DNA from: a virus
DNA: 64,000 nucleotides
Direction: 5' to 3' (one strand)
IMG/VR virus record: IMGVR_UViG_3300044961_000667
Shown here: one piece after another, positions 11,006 to 23,197 of the stretch
Numbering within the stretch: position 1 is the stretch's first letter
Layout of the letters: each line of letters begins with the position of its first letter
Program-made: the position numbers and the translations under genes
Notes under the pieces: model-generated
Told to the model about the DNA's origin: nothing
The model's input: the letters and a program-made list of their open reading frames with translations, nothing else
Database searches by the model: none

Positions 11006-14000
11006 GAGGACTACGCCCGGCGGACGTCGTCCACCGTGAAAGGCCACTTCCCCTCTCCCTTGTGCACCACGGTCAGGATGGTGCCGACCTTGATGGGCAC
11101 GCCGACCGGGATGTCGATCTCGGTCACCATGCCGTTGCTCCAGTACATCTCGAAGCCTTCCTCGTCGCAGTCCAGCACGCCGGTGTGCAGCTTGCCGTCC
11201 CAGCTCCCCTCAAACAGCCAGGGTTGGATGCCGCCCTCGTCGATGACGTTCTGGGCGTCAGCCGGGTAGTAGACCGTGAGATCGTCGCCGTCCGGCGCCC
11301 GCATGTGTACCCGCAACATGGCCACCTTCTACCCGGAAACCGGCGTGCAATCGATTGCGTGCTTCACTGATCCTTGGGCTTCGCAGGACTGACGCCAGTC
11401 CGTAGCTGTGGACGGTTCTTCCCGTCCAGCCACCAGACGTCGATCGGCTCGTACCCCACGCCAGGCAGGCGATCGATGCGCCGCATGCCGCACCGGCACT
11501 CCCGGTACTTGTAGCGTCCCGTCGTCCGCTTCGTGACGTACCAGTGCACGTGCAGGACGTCGATCAGCCCAGCGATCAAGTCCATCACCCTCAAGCCTAC
11601 CCTTCGCCTGGCGATCATCTCCATCATGCGGTTTTCGCCTCATCACTCCCCGCCTGGCGATGCCCCTCCTGGGGATCGATCGACTCGCCTTGGGGTTGGG
11701 AGATCGAAGCGGCGAGGTTCTCCATGGCGTACCGCATGGCCCTGGTGGCGTCCCGGCTGACGCCGACACCTCTCCCGCCGAGCTGTTCCACGGTGACGAT
11801 GCAGGTCCAGAACATGGCTCCGCCGACGGAGGCCGCGGGTGCGTGGTGGAACTGCACGTTCATCGGCGTCGTGACGTTGCAGTGGTTCGGCAGGCGCATC
11901 ACTTCTCCTTGTCGGGTACGACGAAGTTGAACTTCACGAACTCGATGGGCTTGGGCGGTACGATCGTCCTGTCCACCACCAGATCGCCATCCAGCCGCTG
12001 CTTCACCAGATCGCGCACCAGTGCACCGCGGACGACGTCCACCCTGACGATCGCATCGCAGTCCACGCAGACGGTGCTGCGGTTCTTGTCGCCTTCCTGG
12101 AAGCGAGTGTGCGGGCACGTGTCGGGATCGAGCCGCCAGACGCCGTTGCATCGGCCCCAGAGTCGACCGCACGCACGGCAACGGATCAGCGTTGCGCTGA
12201 TCTCCCAGGCTGACTGCTGACAAGCACACCGCTCGTCTGACGGATCGAAGCCCATGTTCCACCCCCAAGTGGACTGCCACTTCCGAAGGGCGTCAGCGCG
12301 ACTTGCCCTTGAACGACACCGAGGCGACCGGCAGCTTGCCATCCTGCGCCGCCTTCAGCACGTCGCCGACGCTCATCCGGCTGGGCCCCTGAACGCCGGC
12401 CGTCAGCAGCTCGATGAACTTGAGCACCTGCGGCGTCGCGTCGTGCGACTCGTCCACCTCAGGCGTCTTCGGCTGCTTCTTCTTCTCCTCGCAGCACTTC
12501 TCGCAGAGATCCCCGTTGCAGTCGGTGCACGGGTACCACGTGGCTCCCGGCTGCAGGTACTTCGCGATGGGCGTGCGGCACGAGGCGCACACCAACGGCG
12601 GCTGGGTGCGCTTGGGCGGCTCCGCCTTGCTCTCGGGCCACGGCCGGCACCAACCGCACGGCTCCGTCTTGAACTTGTACTTGCCGCACTTGCCGCAGAT
12701 CGCCTTGTCGCAGGCTCCGTCTGCGTGTTGATCGCACGGCTTGTCGGGAACGTCAGCCATCACGCCTCTCCGTACTTCTGCTGGAGGCGCTTCAGCTCCT
12801 GTCGCTCCCGAGCTTCGAGGTCGACGGCCACCCGGCCCTGGTACATCTCGCGGAGGCCGGACGTACTGAGCCACGCGCGGATCGCCCGCTCGACGTCGCA
12901 GTGCGTGAAGCGGGGATCGCCGCACGGCTGGAACTCCATCGCGTTCTTGATCCAGGCCAGCTTCTTTCGATCGCTGCTGAACCAGACGTCGAAGAAGCCA
13001 CCCATGTCGTACTCGGCGATGTGGTGGAACATGTTCGACAGCTTCGAGTACAGCTCCTTGTTCCACTTCTTCGGGCTGAAGTCCGAGAGGACGAAGTCGG
13101 CCAGGGCCTGCGCGGTCTTCATCTTCCCCTCCGCGGTGTACGTCGCGTTGTAGACCTTCTCGTACGAGACAAACTGGCTGACATCAAACTCGGGCTTCAT
13201 CATCGTCCTTTCTTCCAGAACACCAACATTCACATCCGTCGCAACCGCCTTCGTGAGATCGATCGCCTCTCTAGTCGCAGACACGTCCGGCACGGCGTCG
13301 CGGCTCCAACCGGCAACCACGCGCCCCCGCGCACCATGCCACACTCCGAGATGTGAGCCGGCCGCCCCTCCAACAACATCACACGGTGAGCCCGCCCGGT
13401 TGTGCCAACCTGTCTCCAAACGTACTGATTCACGATACGCCTCTCCCCGTAAGCGACACCCGTAGCACCAGCGACTGGCCACGTAGCCGAGCAACCCCCG
13501 CTTCATCTTGAGGGTCCTTCGTGAAGTTGGTCGTCACCGCGTCCACTTGGGACGCTTCGGGTTGTCCCCTCGCTTCGACCACTTCGCAGCAGCGTTCATC
13601 TTGCCGGCGAACTCCTTCGCGTACTCCAAGGCCAGCTCGTTGCCAGGCTTGGCCACGGCGACCACCAGCACGAAGGGATGCCCTTCGGGTGTCGTGAAGC
13701 CTTCCAGCATGAGAGCCGAGCCCTCCTGCTTCACCTTCGTCACCAGCGTGTCGACGGTGGTGTGCCGCACCTGCTCCCAGGCGTCGCTCATCCGCGGGCC
13801 TCGTCGGGGTGCTGATCGCAGTTGCCATCGGCGTTGGTGTCACGCTCGCAGCACGGGCCACCGTCGGGCGGCTTCTCCGTGTTCGCGATGAAGTCCGTCA
13901 TGCCGCCATCACCGAGGACGCCGGCGTGGAGCTGGTCGCGCAGCATGTACAGGCGCACCGGGTAGCTGCCATCGCCCAGCACCTCCTGGAGGCGCTTCGT

Positions 14001-15777
14001 CACCAGCTTCTGCGCCAGCTTCACGGTGGTGGCCTTCACGACGCCGTGATCCAAAGGATCGCCGTCGTCGTCGATCTCCTTCACTCGGTACAGCCACAGC
14101 CTCATCATGATCGACCTTTCAGACGGGCGGGACGCCCGACTTCCAGAAGGAGTTGATCCCTCGCACGTTCTTCTCCTTCTCCTTCGGTTGCACCCGGAAG
14201 TTCTTCGACTTCAGGAACTCCAGCGTCTCGCGGTACTTCTCCTTCGTGTGGTGCACCAGCTCCTGCAACTCCTCCACGTAGAAGGTGGTCCGCTCCTCCT
14301 CCTGCAGGTACTGGATGAACGAGTACACGCTCCGGAACTCCTCCGGGAGCTCGTTGAACTGCCAGATGCCTTCACCGTCCAGGAAGAGGTCGCCCTCCTC
14401 CTGCATTCGATCCGCCGCCACCCGGCATTCCTGGCATTCAGCGCCGAGTCGACCGAGCTGAGTGGCGTGCTCCTTGTCCGACACATCCGGATTCGGCGAG
14501 CGCCCGATGTAGACGCAGAGGACGTGGGTGAATCCCGCGGGCCGTATGTGAATGGGCTTCGAGGACATGCTTCATACTGGCAGCGTTCACTCGTTTCGTC
14601 AAGAGACGAGCGTTCCTCGCGTGCGTTTTTTCTCTCTCACATCCGCTGGCGGCGATGCCGCGGCTTGCTGATCGGCTCTCGTCTCAGTGGGTGGGAGGAC
14701 GAGACGTCGCATCAGTCGTCCAGACTGGCCTGCAGGCTTCGCTTGGCGTCACGGTGGGCGGCCACCTGCAAGTACGTCATCTGCAGATTCTGAAGGCAGC
14801 CCAGCATGTGGATGTTCTGGATGCCTCCACCTTGGCGCATCAGCACGGCCAGGAAGTCAGCCTCCTTCTTGAACTCCGCCTCCAGCATCTCCAAGCGGAA
14901 GTCGAGGAGCGACTTCACCTCGGGCTTCTGCTTGTCCTTCTTCTTCTTGGCCATGGTGCCTCCTCAGTCGTAGCCGTACGTCTTGGACAGCGGCTTCTTC
15001 TTCAGGCCGACAGCCCACTTCAGGGAGTCGATGGCGCACGAGAGTTCAGCCTTCGTCTCGTACGTGGCGCCGGCGGCCATGGCCTCCAGCCTGCGGATCT
15101 CGTCGATCAGCAGCGACATCGACTTCGGGTGCGCACCGCGGCAGATGCACTGGCACCGCTTGTCAGGGCACACCAGCGAGGATCCGTACTCCGGGGCACC
15201 TCGGCTGCTGTGCTGGCCCTGGCTGCAGTTGGCGCAGATCACCTGGGTCCTCTTGCCGACAGGGCAGTCGGGGCCGTGCGGATCGTTCGGGTTGCTACCG
15301 CACGATTCGCAGAACCCCGCCTTCTTCACCGAGATGACTCGGCCCTTCAGCTTCTTCGCTGCCATGGGACTCCTCCGTGCAATCGATTGCGCCTACGTCA
15401 GGCGGAAGCGCTCCAGCGCCACCCGCATCTCCTTCGCGGGGATGAACAGGCCGTCGTACCTGCCAGGCGTGCCGGCGCAGGCCCACCAGCCCTTCGTCAG
15501 CGTCCAGTTCTTGAAGTCGGGCGTGAAGTAGCAGGACTCGTAGCCGGTGACGCCGCCCTCCTCCACCTTCACCACCGCCTTGCCTTCGCCGAACTTGCAC
15601 ACCAGCTTCACCGGGCTGATCGACTTCTGCTGAGTCGAGCAGTCGGTGCGCACCGCCGTGACGTCGGCGACGCTGCAGGCAGGGCACGGGGCCTTGTGGG
15701 CGGACACCGTGTACTTCCTGCCCATGAACTCGGCCTCGCGCTCTTCGACTCGGACTTCGCGAAGCCCGCCGCACGTG

Positions 15778-16509
15778 TCACAGCGTTTTGGCGGCACGGT
15801 TCGCCCTCCGGATCTCTGCCTCCTGTTTGAGGGCCTCCTGGACGACGGAGATCACCTTCATGCACGTGGGCACGTCGAACAGCCTGATGTGCGTCTGCTC
15901 CTGGCTCAGCCCGAGCTGATCGGCCAACCAGGCGTACGCTTCGGTCCGCGTCATCCGGCCGTGCTTCCACAGCACGTCGAAGACGCGGTGGGCTGACTTC
16001 CGGGCGTCACGCGTCGGGGCATCCGACTGGGCGCCGAGCGGGTTGCCGCGGCGGTCGCACCCCTGCGTGATGTCGCACTGCGGGTAGCCGCGGCACTGCA
16101 GGAACGGGCCGAAGGGCCCGTGCGTGAGGCTCAGCTCCTGGCCGCGCTTCGAGCATTCGCCACCTTCAGGTACCCAGAGCCAACCCTGGACGTAGGCACC
16201 GGGATCGTCTCCGCGGCTGATCACCGCGTTGTCGTCGATCTCCACGGAACCTTCGCTGCCGTGCTGGATGTTCGCCTGGGCCAGGTACCACTTGTCCGAG
16301 CCGACGACTTCCTCGCCGCCCTCGACGACGTCGTTGTTCGCTTCCTCGATCAGCTCGTCGCGGTACTCCTTGAGGATCGACTTCGCCTCATCGAAATCCC
16401 GACCCAGCCGAGTCTCCAGCTCCTTGAGCGCGTCCAGCTTCGCCCCCAGCGTCATGTCGGTCCGCAACACCTTCGCCCGCTTCGGTCCCTTCGTCTTCTT
16501 GTCTGCCAT
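15778..16509 (-). CDS. DUF3268-like zinc-finger protein
   Basis: QCRGYPQCD...PLG...RKSAHRVFDVLWK...RTEAYAWLADQLG...HI..FD...C. Confidence 0.7.
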   Translation of the reverse strand: MADKKTKGPKRAKVLRTDMTLGAKLDALKELETRLGRDFDEAKSILKEYRDELIEEANNDVVEGGEEVVGSDKWYLAQANIQHGSEGSVEIDDNAVISRGDDPGAYVQGWLWVPEGGECSKRGQELSLTHGPFGPFLQCRGYPQCDITQGCDRRGNPLGAQSDAPTRDARKSAHRVFDVLWKHGRMTRTEAYAWLADQLGLSQEQTHIRLFDVPTCMKVISVVQEALKQEAEIRRANRAAKTL

Positions 16510-17643
16510 CAGGCCAGCGCCTCCCATGCGCGAATGAGCGCCGCTTCGATCTCCAAGCGAGCGCCGAGGAACTCCTCCGTCGTGAGGCCGTACACCGAGA
16601 TCTTGGCCCACTGCTCCTGCTTCTCGATGCGGAACTCGCCGCAGATCTGAGCGTCGAGCTTCAGCCGCTTCATCTCGCCGGTGATCGGCCCGACGCCGGG
16701 CAGCCCAGCCATGTCGTAGACCTCGACGACGATCTGATCCTTGTCGTTGCAGGTGCACGGCCGCTTCGTCTCGACCCTGCGCCAGAAGAGCCCGAGACGG
16801 AATGCCTCGCCCTTGTTCTCCTGGAACTTGAAGCCCAGCTTGGTCATCTCCGCCTTCAGCTCGTCGAAGGTCATCGCTTCTTCCTCCGTTTCTTGGGCTC
16901 GTACTTCTTTCGGCACAGGTAGCAGAGCGACGGCGCATCAGGGTCGCCGTTGGCGTCCCTCCCCACCGCCTTCACGTCCTTGCGGTACTTGCCGCACTCG
17001 TCGCACTCATCCAGGCCCTGCGCCTTCCGCCCTTCACGAATGAGCGCCTGGCCGATCTCGATGGCCTGGCTTGGCGTGAACGCCTCCAGGTGATCAGCGT
17101 CCGACATGTCTTCGTGCCGGTTGACGAAGTAGCGCTCCTCCCCGTCGTCAGAGAAGTCGCGCCACAGATGGACGTTCTGCTTTCCCATCACTTGTCCTTG
17201 CGGTTGAGCCGACCCAGCGACTGCTCGTCGCTCATCGGCGTGTACTTCATGCCCTTGAACACCACCGGCTTGGGCTCCCACGGGAAGCGGCCAAACAGCC
17301 GGCGGTACGCCAGGTCGTACAGCATGACGATCATGTCTCGAACGGTGGGTCGGAAGAAGAACATCACCCCTCCGCGTTCTGCACAGCCTCGCGGCTGACA
17401 CGGCGGGCCCGCTTCTTCCACACCTTCTGCAGCGGCGCCTTGGGGCTGACGCTGCGGTTACGGCCACTCCAACGACGCGCCTTGCGGCTGTCATCGGAGT
17501 CGTACTTCACGCTGCCGCTCTGCTTGCTGTTGATGCCGTAGGGCTTCATCACCATCTCCTCTTGGGTTTGAGGTTGATGGTGAGCATCATGCCTGCCTGC
17601 CCTGTTTTGTCAAGAGGACACAGGGCAGGCTCGGTCGATTCGA

Positions 17644-18450
17644 CTACGGCGTCGCCGTCACCTCGGCGCTGGGCGACTGCACGCCGTCGTTGATGCCGAG
17701 GCAGTGCGGGCACGGGGTGCCAGGGGAGCGGCCGTGGGGGCACCCAATCTCCGTCGGCTGGGTGTCGGGAGGGGCTGCCGTCGTCGCTTCAGGAGCGGGC
17801 TGGAGCTTCGCCTGCTCCTCGATGGCCTTCAGGCGGACCTGCACCTCGGGGAGGCTGCCCAGCACGCGCACGAGCTTGTGCAGGCGCACGTTTTCCTTCT
17901 CCAGCTCCTGCACCTTCTCGGTCTTGCTGTGCAGGCGCTTTCGCAGCGTCTTCGCGTCTTCCATCTTCGCGGTGGCCAGCTCGGCCTGGAGCGCCGACAC
18001 CTTCTGCGCCATCTCGGCTTCGAGCGCCGTCACCCGGTTCGACAGGGCGGTCGCTTCTTCCTTCGACGCCACCAGATCGTTCTGGAGGGCGATCTGCACC
18101 TGCTCCTCGGCCAGCAGGGCCTGGGCGGCGAGCTTGTTCTCGTGCTCCAGCAGCACCTTGTCCTTCAGCAGCGCGTCGATCTTCGCGCTGATGGCGGCGT
18201 CGAGGTTCGTCTCCAGCGCCAGCTTCTCGGCCTTCACCTTCTCCAGCTCGCGCTTCACCTCGTTCACGCTGGCTTCGTACTCCCGCTTCAGGACGACGAC
18301 GTGCTCGCCGGCCCTCACCTCGATGTCGCCGCGGAGCCGGTCGCGTTCGGACTCGGCGGCGGCCTGGGCCGCTCGGGCTTCCTCACGCTGCTTCAGCAGC
18401 TTCTTCTGCGTTTCCTTCAACTGCCTCTCTTTGGCCGTCGTCTTGGACAT
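17644..18450 (-). CDS. Long coiled-coil protein with C-terminal Cys/His motif
   Basis: E/K/A/L heptads; CPHG...CPHC. Confidence 0.75.
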   Translation of the reverse strand: MSKTTAKERQLKETQKKLLKQREEARAAQAAAESERDRLRGDIEVRAGEHVVVLKREYEASVNEVKRELEKVKAEKLALETNLDAAISAKIDALLKDKVLLEHENKLAAQALLAEEQVQIALQNDLVASKEEATALSNRVTALEAEMAQKVSALQAELATAKMEDAKTLRKRLHSKTEKVQELEKENVRLHKLVRVLGSLPEVQVRLKAIEEQAKLQPAPEATTAAPPDTQPTEIGCPHGRSPGTPCPHCLGINDGVQSPSAEVTATP

Positions 18451-18527
18451 GCTCTCCTCCAGAGCTTGGATGCTGTGCTTCGTCAAGCCTGCTTCACCGC
18501 GGGACTACCAAGGGCTACGCTTCCTCC

Positions 18528-18980
18528 ATGGACATCGATCTCGGACCACTGAACGTTCTCATCTGCTGGCAGACCATCCTCCTCAGCCTCACTGTCGCCA
18601 CCGCGACGCACGGCGTGAAGCGGGTGATCGACCACACCATCGAGGGCGGCAAGGTCGCCCGGCAGCAGAAGATCTTCGTCAACCGCATCGTGCTGCCCGG
18701 CACGCCGATCCTGCTCGGCGCGGTCCTGGCGATCTTCGTGCCGATGCACCCGGAAGCGCTCCTCACGTACATCGCCGACCACCAGCTGACGGGCTTCAAG
18801 TACTACGCGATCATGGCCGCCTACGGCTCGTGCCTCGGGCAGTTCTCCGACTACATCTGGCACCGCTTCAGCGGCATCATGGACGACGTGAAGAAGCGCC
18901 GCGGCAGCAAGAAGGCCGCCGCTGACGATCAGGCCCCGGTCGAGCCGCCGTCAGAGCCGCCCGCGCCGCCGGCCGCCTGA
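18528..18980 (+). CDS. Three-TM membrane protein (holin-like)
   Basis: Three hydrophobic segments, charged tail; rare plus-strand gene. Confidence 0.6.
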   Translation: MDIDLGPLNVLICWQTILLSLTVATATHGVKRVIDHTIEGGKVARQQKIFVNRIVLPGTPILLGAVLAIFVPMHPEALLTYIADHQLTGFKYYAIMAAYGSCLGQFSDYIWHRFSGIMDDVKKRRGSKKAAADDQAPVEPPSEPPAPPAA

Positions 18981-19442
18981 GCCTTCACCGGCTCGACGGT
19001 CTTGTCGTCGAAGCCGCAGATGTGCTTCTGCTCGAACTCTTCCTCCGGACCTCCGTCGTCAGGCTTCACCACGACGGTGCGCTTGGAGATCTTCCCGGCG
19101 GCGAAGTCCTCCTTCGAGTCGGCGTACGCGTAGACGTGCGTCACCGTGCCCCAGAAGTCGCGGATCTTCACCTGCCCCTTCATCTGCATGCCGGCGAGCG
19201 CCACCGTCTCCAGCGGCGAGATGGTGCGAATCCGCACCCGGCTCCCCTTCGTCAAGTACACGTCGACTTCCATCACGTCCTCCCCTTCAGCTTCGCGAGT
19301 TCCGCCTCCAGCTCCTGCACGTAGTCGACAGCCTCCCTGCCGACTTTCGCCAGAGTCTTGATGGCGCCTGGCTCGATCTTGTCGAGCACGAAGAGCATCT
19401 CGAACAGCTTCGGCCGCTCCAGCTTCTTGCGTCGCCGGGGCT

Positions 19443-20138
19443 TCAGCACGAGGCCGTCCCGAACAGCACGTACTTGCCCGGCTTGGCGAACAGCAGCCCA
19501 CGGGCTTCGTCGGCGTCCTTGCCGACCGCTGAGCCGTACGGGCCGATCGTCAGCACGCCGTTCTTCTTCACCCCCACCTGCACCATCGTCTGGTCGCCGC
19601 GGCGGGAGACTTCCACCTGCACGCCGGGGCCGTACTTCTCCTCCAGCAGCTTCTGCGCGGCATCCTTCGACAGCCGCTTCACCTCGTCGGGACTGCGGAC
19701 CTCGATGCCGACGCAGGGGCCCCACTTGTCCTGCGCCCGCTTGTCGTTCGCCGAGAGATCGTTGGCGAAGAGCAGCAGCGCTTCCTCCCGCAGGCGGGAT
19801 CGGCCAGGATGCCCTCCAGCTTGGCGATCTCCTCGGCCAGCCCCTTCGCCGTCGTGTACCGGCGGTAGAACTCCGAGCCGAGCGCCACCATCCCCGTCTG
19901 GTCCCGGCTTGGCCGCCCGCATCTCGTCGAGCTGCTTGCCGAGCTTCTCCTTCACCTTGGCGAAGAAGGGCTCCAGCTGGCTGTCCCGAGGCGTGAAGGC
20001 GATGCACTCGCTCTTCTCCGCGATGGTGCCGGTGTACCCGCGGTTCCCGTACTCGAACCGGGCGTTCTCGACTGCCGAACGGAAGGCTTCCTTCATCGAA
20101 CGGCCTTCCACCACCACCATGAATTCAGTCGCTCCCAC
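19443..20138 (-). CDS. Hypothetical protein with two compensating frameshifts
   Basis: Segment MVALGSEFYRRYTTAKGLAEEIAKLEGILADP lies in another frame between a G4 and a C3 run. Confidence 0.65.
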   Translation of the reverse strand: MGATEFMVVVEGRSMKEAFRSAVENARFEYGNRGYTGTIAEKSECIAFTPRDSQLEPFFAKVKEKLGKQLDEMRAAKPGPDGDGGARLGVLPPVHDGEGAGRGDRQAGGHPGRSRLREEALLLFANDLSANDKRAQDKWGPCVGIEVRSPDEVKRLSKDAAQKLLEEKYGPGVQVEVSRRGDQTMVQVGVKKNGVLTIGPYGSAVGKDADEARGLLFAKPGKYVLFGTASC

Positions 20139-20921
20139 GCTTCATCGCTCCTTTCATCTTCGTCCACATCCGCTTCACCCAGACGATCAACAGCCCCGCC
20201 ACCGGGACTGCCGCCATCAGCATCTGCGCCTCTTGGTGGCAGAAGTGCATCACGCCACCTCCGCCGAGGCCGGCCGGTTCTCTTCCAGCCAGTCCGACGC
20301 CACCCGGCAGAACTGCTGCCAGTCGCGGTAGATCCCGTTCACGTCGGTCGCGTGGCAGGGCATCACGGGGGCGAACCCGGCTCCCCGGAACTCCACCTCG
20401 CCCGACGCCTTCTTCACCGCGTACACCGACTGGGCCGCCACCACCCGGCGCTCCGGGTTGAGGATGTGCAGTTCCTGCTGCAGCCGGACTTCCATCTTCC
20501 GGGTGACGCCGTCGCTGTCGAGCCGATCAACCCCAGTCAGCACCAGCGCCGGCAACCGCGCCTTCGACGCCTTCGCCTTCTCCGGCGTCTTGTAGTTCTC
20601 GTTGCCCCGGAGATCCGTCACCACGCCCCAGACGGTCGCCGGCATCTTCCCGCTGTCGTACCAGTACGGCGCTCCGTCCCAGAGGTACACCGTCTCGCCG
20701 TACAGCAGCACCCCCTTGAAGCCGTTGGGGTGGTTCGACTCCAGCCCGCCGATGATGAAGCGCTCCTGCTGCTCCAACCGGCCGCCCCAGCCGAAGGACG
20801 GCTTCATCCGGTACACCAGCGTGTGGGTGGCAGTCACCGCCGCCCCGTCTTCGCGGGTGATCAACTGCGCCTTCTTCAGCTTCTTCACGCCGTAGAGGTA
20901 GGTGCCCATGGTGTCGTCCCC

Positions 20922-21248
20922 TTACGCCGCCTTCAAGGCGGCAACCGCCGGCAGCTCCACCGGGGCGACTTCCACCGGCTTCATCTGCTTCGGGAAGGCG
21001 CTGGCGGTCGCGGCCACCGCGCCCTCCATCACCATCTGGCGGACGAGATCTTCGTGCTTGCAGCTGAGCCCCGAGTTCCGGCTGTGGAAGATGCCTGCCG
21101 GGCAGCTGCACCGGACGCCGTTGGCCACCAGCCCCAGGGTGACGACGTAGGGCTTCTCCTGCCCCGCCTTCCGGACTTCGTACTTCCCGGCTTCGCCGTT
21201 CTCCTTCGGGGTGATGATGTAGTTGGTCTTCGTCGCCTTGGCTGCCAT
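20922..21248 (-). CDS. SWIM zinc-finger protein
   Basis: YVV...CSCP.........CKH. Confidence 0.75.
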   Translation of the reverse strand: MAAKATKTNYIITPKENGEAGKYEVRKAGQEKPYVVTLGLVANGVRCSCPAGIFHSRNSGLSCKHEDLVRQMVMEGAVAATASAFPKQMKPVEVAPVELPAVAALKAA

Positions 21249-21302
21249 TCGCTGCCTCCTGGGTGTCTCCCTGGGTTGGGGAGGTGGATTGAGGATGGAG
21301 AG

Positions 21303-21332
21303 AATCTAGCCCAAGTCCTCCGCGTTCGTCAA
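21303..21332 (-). promoter_or_regulatory. sigma70-like promoter
   Basis: TTGACG-18-TAGATT. Confidence 0.75.
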
Positions 21333-21985
21333 GAGATGTGCGGCCCTCCCCTGTCGATTCGCGAACGAATTTCGATCGACATCATCATGCGTCGGGGGGA
21401 AGGGGGAGGGGCCCCTGGCGTGCACTTTGTTGCCTGTGGACAAGTCGGCGTACGGGCCCAAAGGCTTAGAGGCTTTGAGGGTTTGCCCCTGAGGGGCTGT
21501 GGAAGACTCTGTGGGAAACGAGACGATGGAGGGCGCGCAACTTCCTGCGCCACCTTGGGTGCGGCACAGGGGGTGCGAAAGTGCTGTGGGACGGGTGCTG
21601 GTGTACAGGGCAGCGCGACTTCCAGGGAGGGATGCGCCTTGCTGACGGTGTACCGGTACTACGACAAGCGGGTGAAGACGAAGGGGCCTCTGGTGGAGCG
21701 GATCCACCCGTGCGCCTATGGGGAGAGGTGCAAGTGCTGGGTGGGCGTCTCGGACTCGTGCTTCCCCTTCTGCTGGCACCACGCGGGGCATCCGGAGGGT
21801 CGGGGGAACGAAAGGCCCCCCAGGCGTCCGAAGAAGCGTCCTCCGGGTGGGTCCGGCGGGCCGGCTGGCTCGGGCGGCGTGAATAGGAAACGGAATCTTT
21901 TCCGTGCGTCTCCCGGCGGATCAGCCGAATTCGTCAGCCAGGTCGCCGGGTTACCTGCTGTCGGCCGCGCTGAATAAAACGCGGA

Positions 21986-22291
21986 TCAGGCGCTGATCAG
22001 CTGCCCGTCACGCACCCACCCGTGCCAGTGGCAGGGCGTTGGATCGTTCTCCGCGTTCCAGACGTGCCTGAAGTCGATACTGGGCGTCAGCGTGAGGCTG
22101 TCCAGGGTGTCGCCCTGACGCTGCCACAGGAGCCCGCTGGAGCCCGCGGGGCCGCCGTCGATGGGGTTGGCGAAGGGCACGGAGATGACGCACCGGCAGT
22201 CGGGCCGGCACGGGCACCGGAAGTTCAACCCCATCCCCTGCCTGTCGGGCTTCATCGCCCAGAAGCTGGCTTCCCTGTCCGTGAGTCGCAT
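21986..22291 (-). CDS. DUF6527-like Cys/His protein
   Basis: FRCPC...W..GDTLDSLTLTPSI...CHWHGWVRDG. Confidence 0.55.
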   Translation of the reverse strand: MRLTDREASFWAMKPDRQGMGLNFRCPCRPDCRCVISVPFANPIDGGPAGSSGLLWQRQGDTLDSLTLTPSIDFRHVWNAENDPTPCHWHGWVRDGQLISA

Positions 22292-22577
22292 GGCGCCCAG
22301 GGTTGCACGGGCTCAGGACTGGGTGCAAAGAAGCGCCTGGGACTGGGAGAGCCCGGTCGGCGTCGGCGCCTCGGTGCGGTTCACCGGGGCCCTTCGCTTC
22401 ACACCACCCACTGGAAACGCGCCTGGCGACCGCACCGCGGGCACTGGCACATCTCCGGGTCCGACTTGAGGTTGAGCGGGGCCATGTACTGCTCGGGGCA
22501 CACGGGGCACCGAGGGGCCTTCCCGATGACCTTCAAGTCCTCGGGGCGGAACTGCTTCTCCTTCGTCTCCATCATCT

Positions 22578-23162
22578 TCACCAGCCGATGATCAGGTGCC
22601 CCTGGTCCCGGTCCTTCCGGATGAAGTCGAGCAGCTTCGTCCGCACCAGCTGCTCGGCGGCCGACTTGCTGTCGAAGTACTGCGGCTCCGTGCTGACGCG
22701 AGCCATGTTCTTGAAGCCCGAGCCCGTCCAGAACAGCGGCTCCGAGTCGTTGTTGGCCGTCTTGAAGCAGACGACGAACTTCCCGCCGTAGCCGGGGCCG
22801 TCCACGAAGGGGTTCTGCTTGTGCTTCTTCACCCCGTGGTGCTTCTGCACGATGTCCAGCTCGCGCTTCTGATCAGGCGACAGCTCGACGGCCTCGTGCT
22901 TCTTGCCCTTCCGCACGTCGTGGAACCACTTCCACGCCTTCGGCGAGGGCGGCTCCATGCCCAGCAGATTGCGCATCTCGTCGTCGGTGAAGTCTTCGAG
23001 CCCGGCCATGTGGGCGAAGTCGTCGATCTCGTCCACCGCCAGGCCCAGCTCCTTCGCCTCCAGCCAGCCGTTGCCCTGGCCGCTTTCGTACGAGCGCATG
23101 GCCTGAGCACGCGTCATCGACTCGCGAACTTCCTTCTTCAGGGCCTCGACGATCTGCCGCAT
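22578..23162 (-). CDS. Hypothetical protein with shared N-terminal LVEALK-type leader
   Basis: MRQIVEALKKEVRES; GGAGG RBS. Confidence 0.75.
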   Translation of the reverse strand: MRQIVEALKKEVRESMTRAQAMRSYESGQGNGWLEAKELGLAVDEIDDFAHMAGLEDFTDDEMRNLLGMEPPSPKAWKWFHDVRKGKKHEAVELSPDQKRELDIVQKHHGVKKHKQNPFVDGPGYGGKFVVCFKTANNDSEPLFWTGSGFKNMARVSTEPQYFDSKSAAEQLVRTKLLDFIRKDRDQGHLIIGW

Positions 23163-23197
23163 GGCTACCTCCAAACCTCCGACTTCGTCGAGAACTT

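Larger units (their letters stand above)
1..21248 (-). other. Dense array of small, mostly hypothetical phage accessory genes (many with CxxC motifs)
   Basis: Abutting or overlapping minus-strand ORFs of about 60-330 aa with GGAG-type RBS; only those listed separately are recognisable. Confidence 0.85.
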
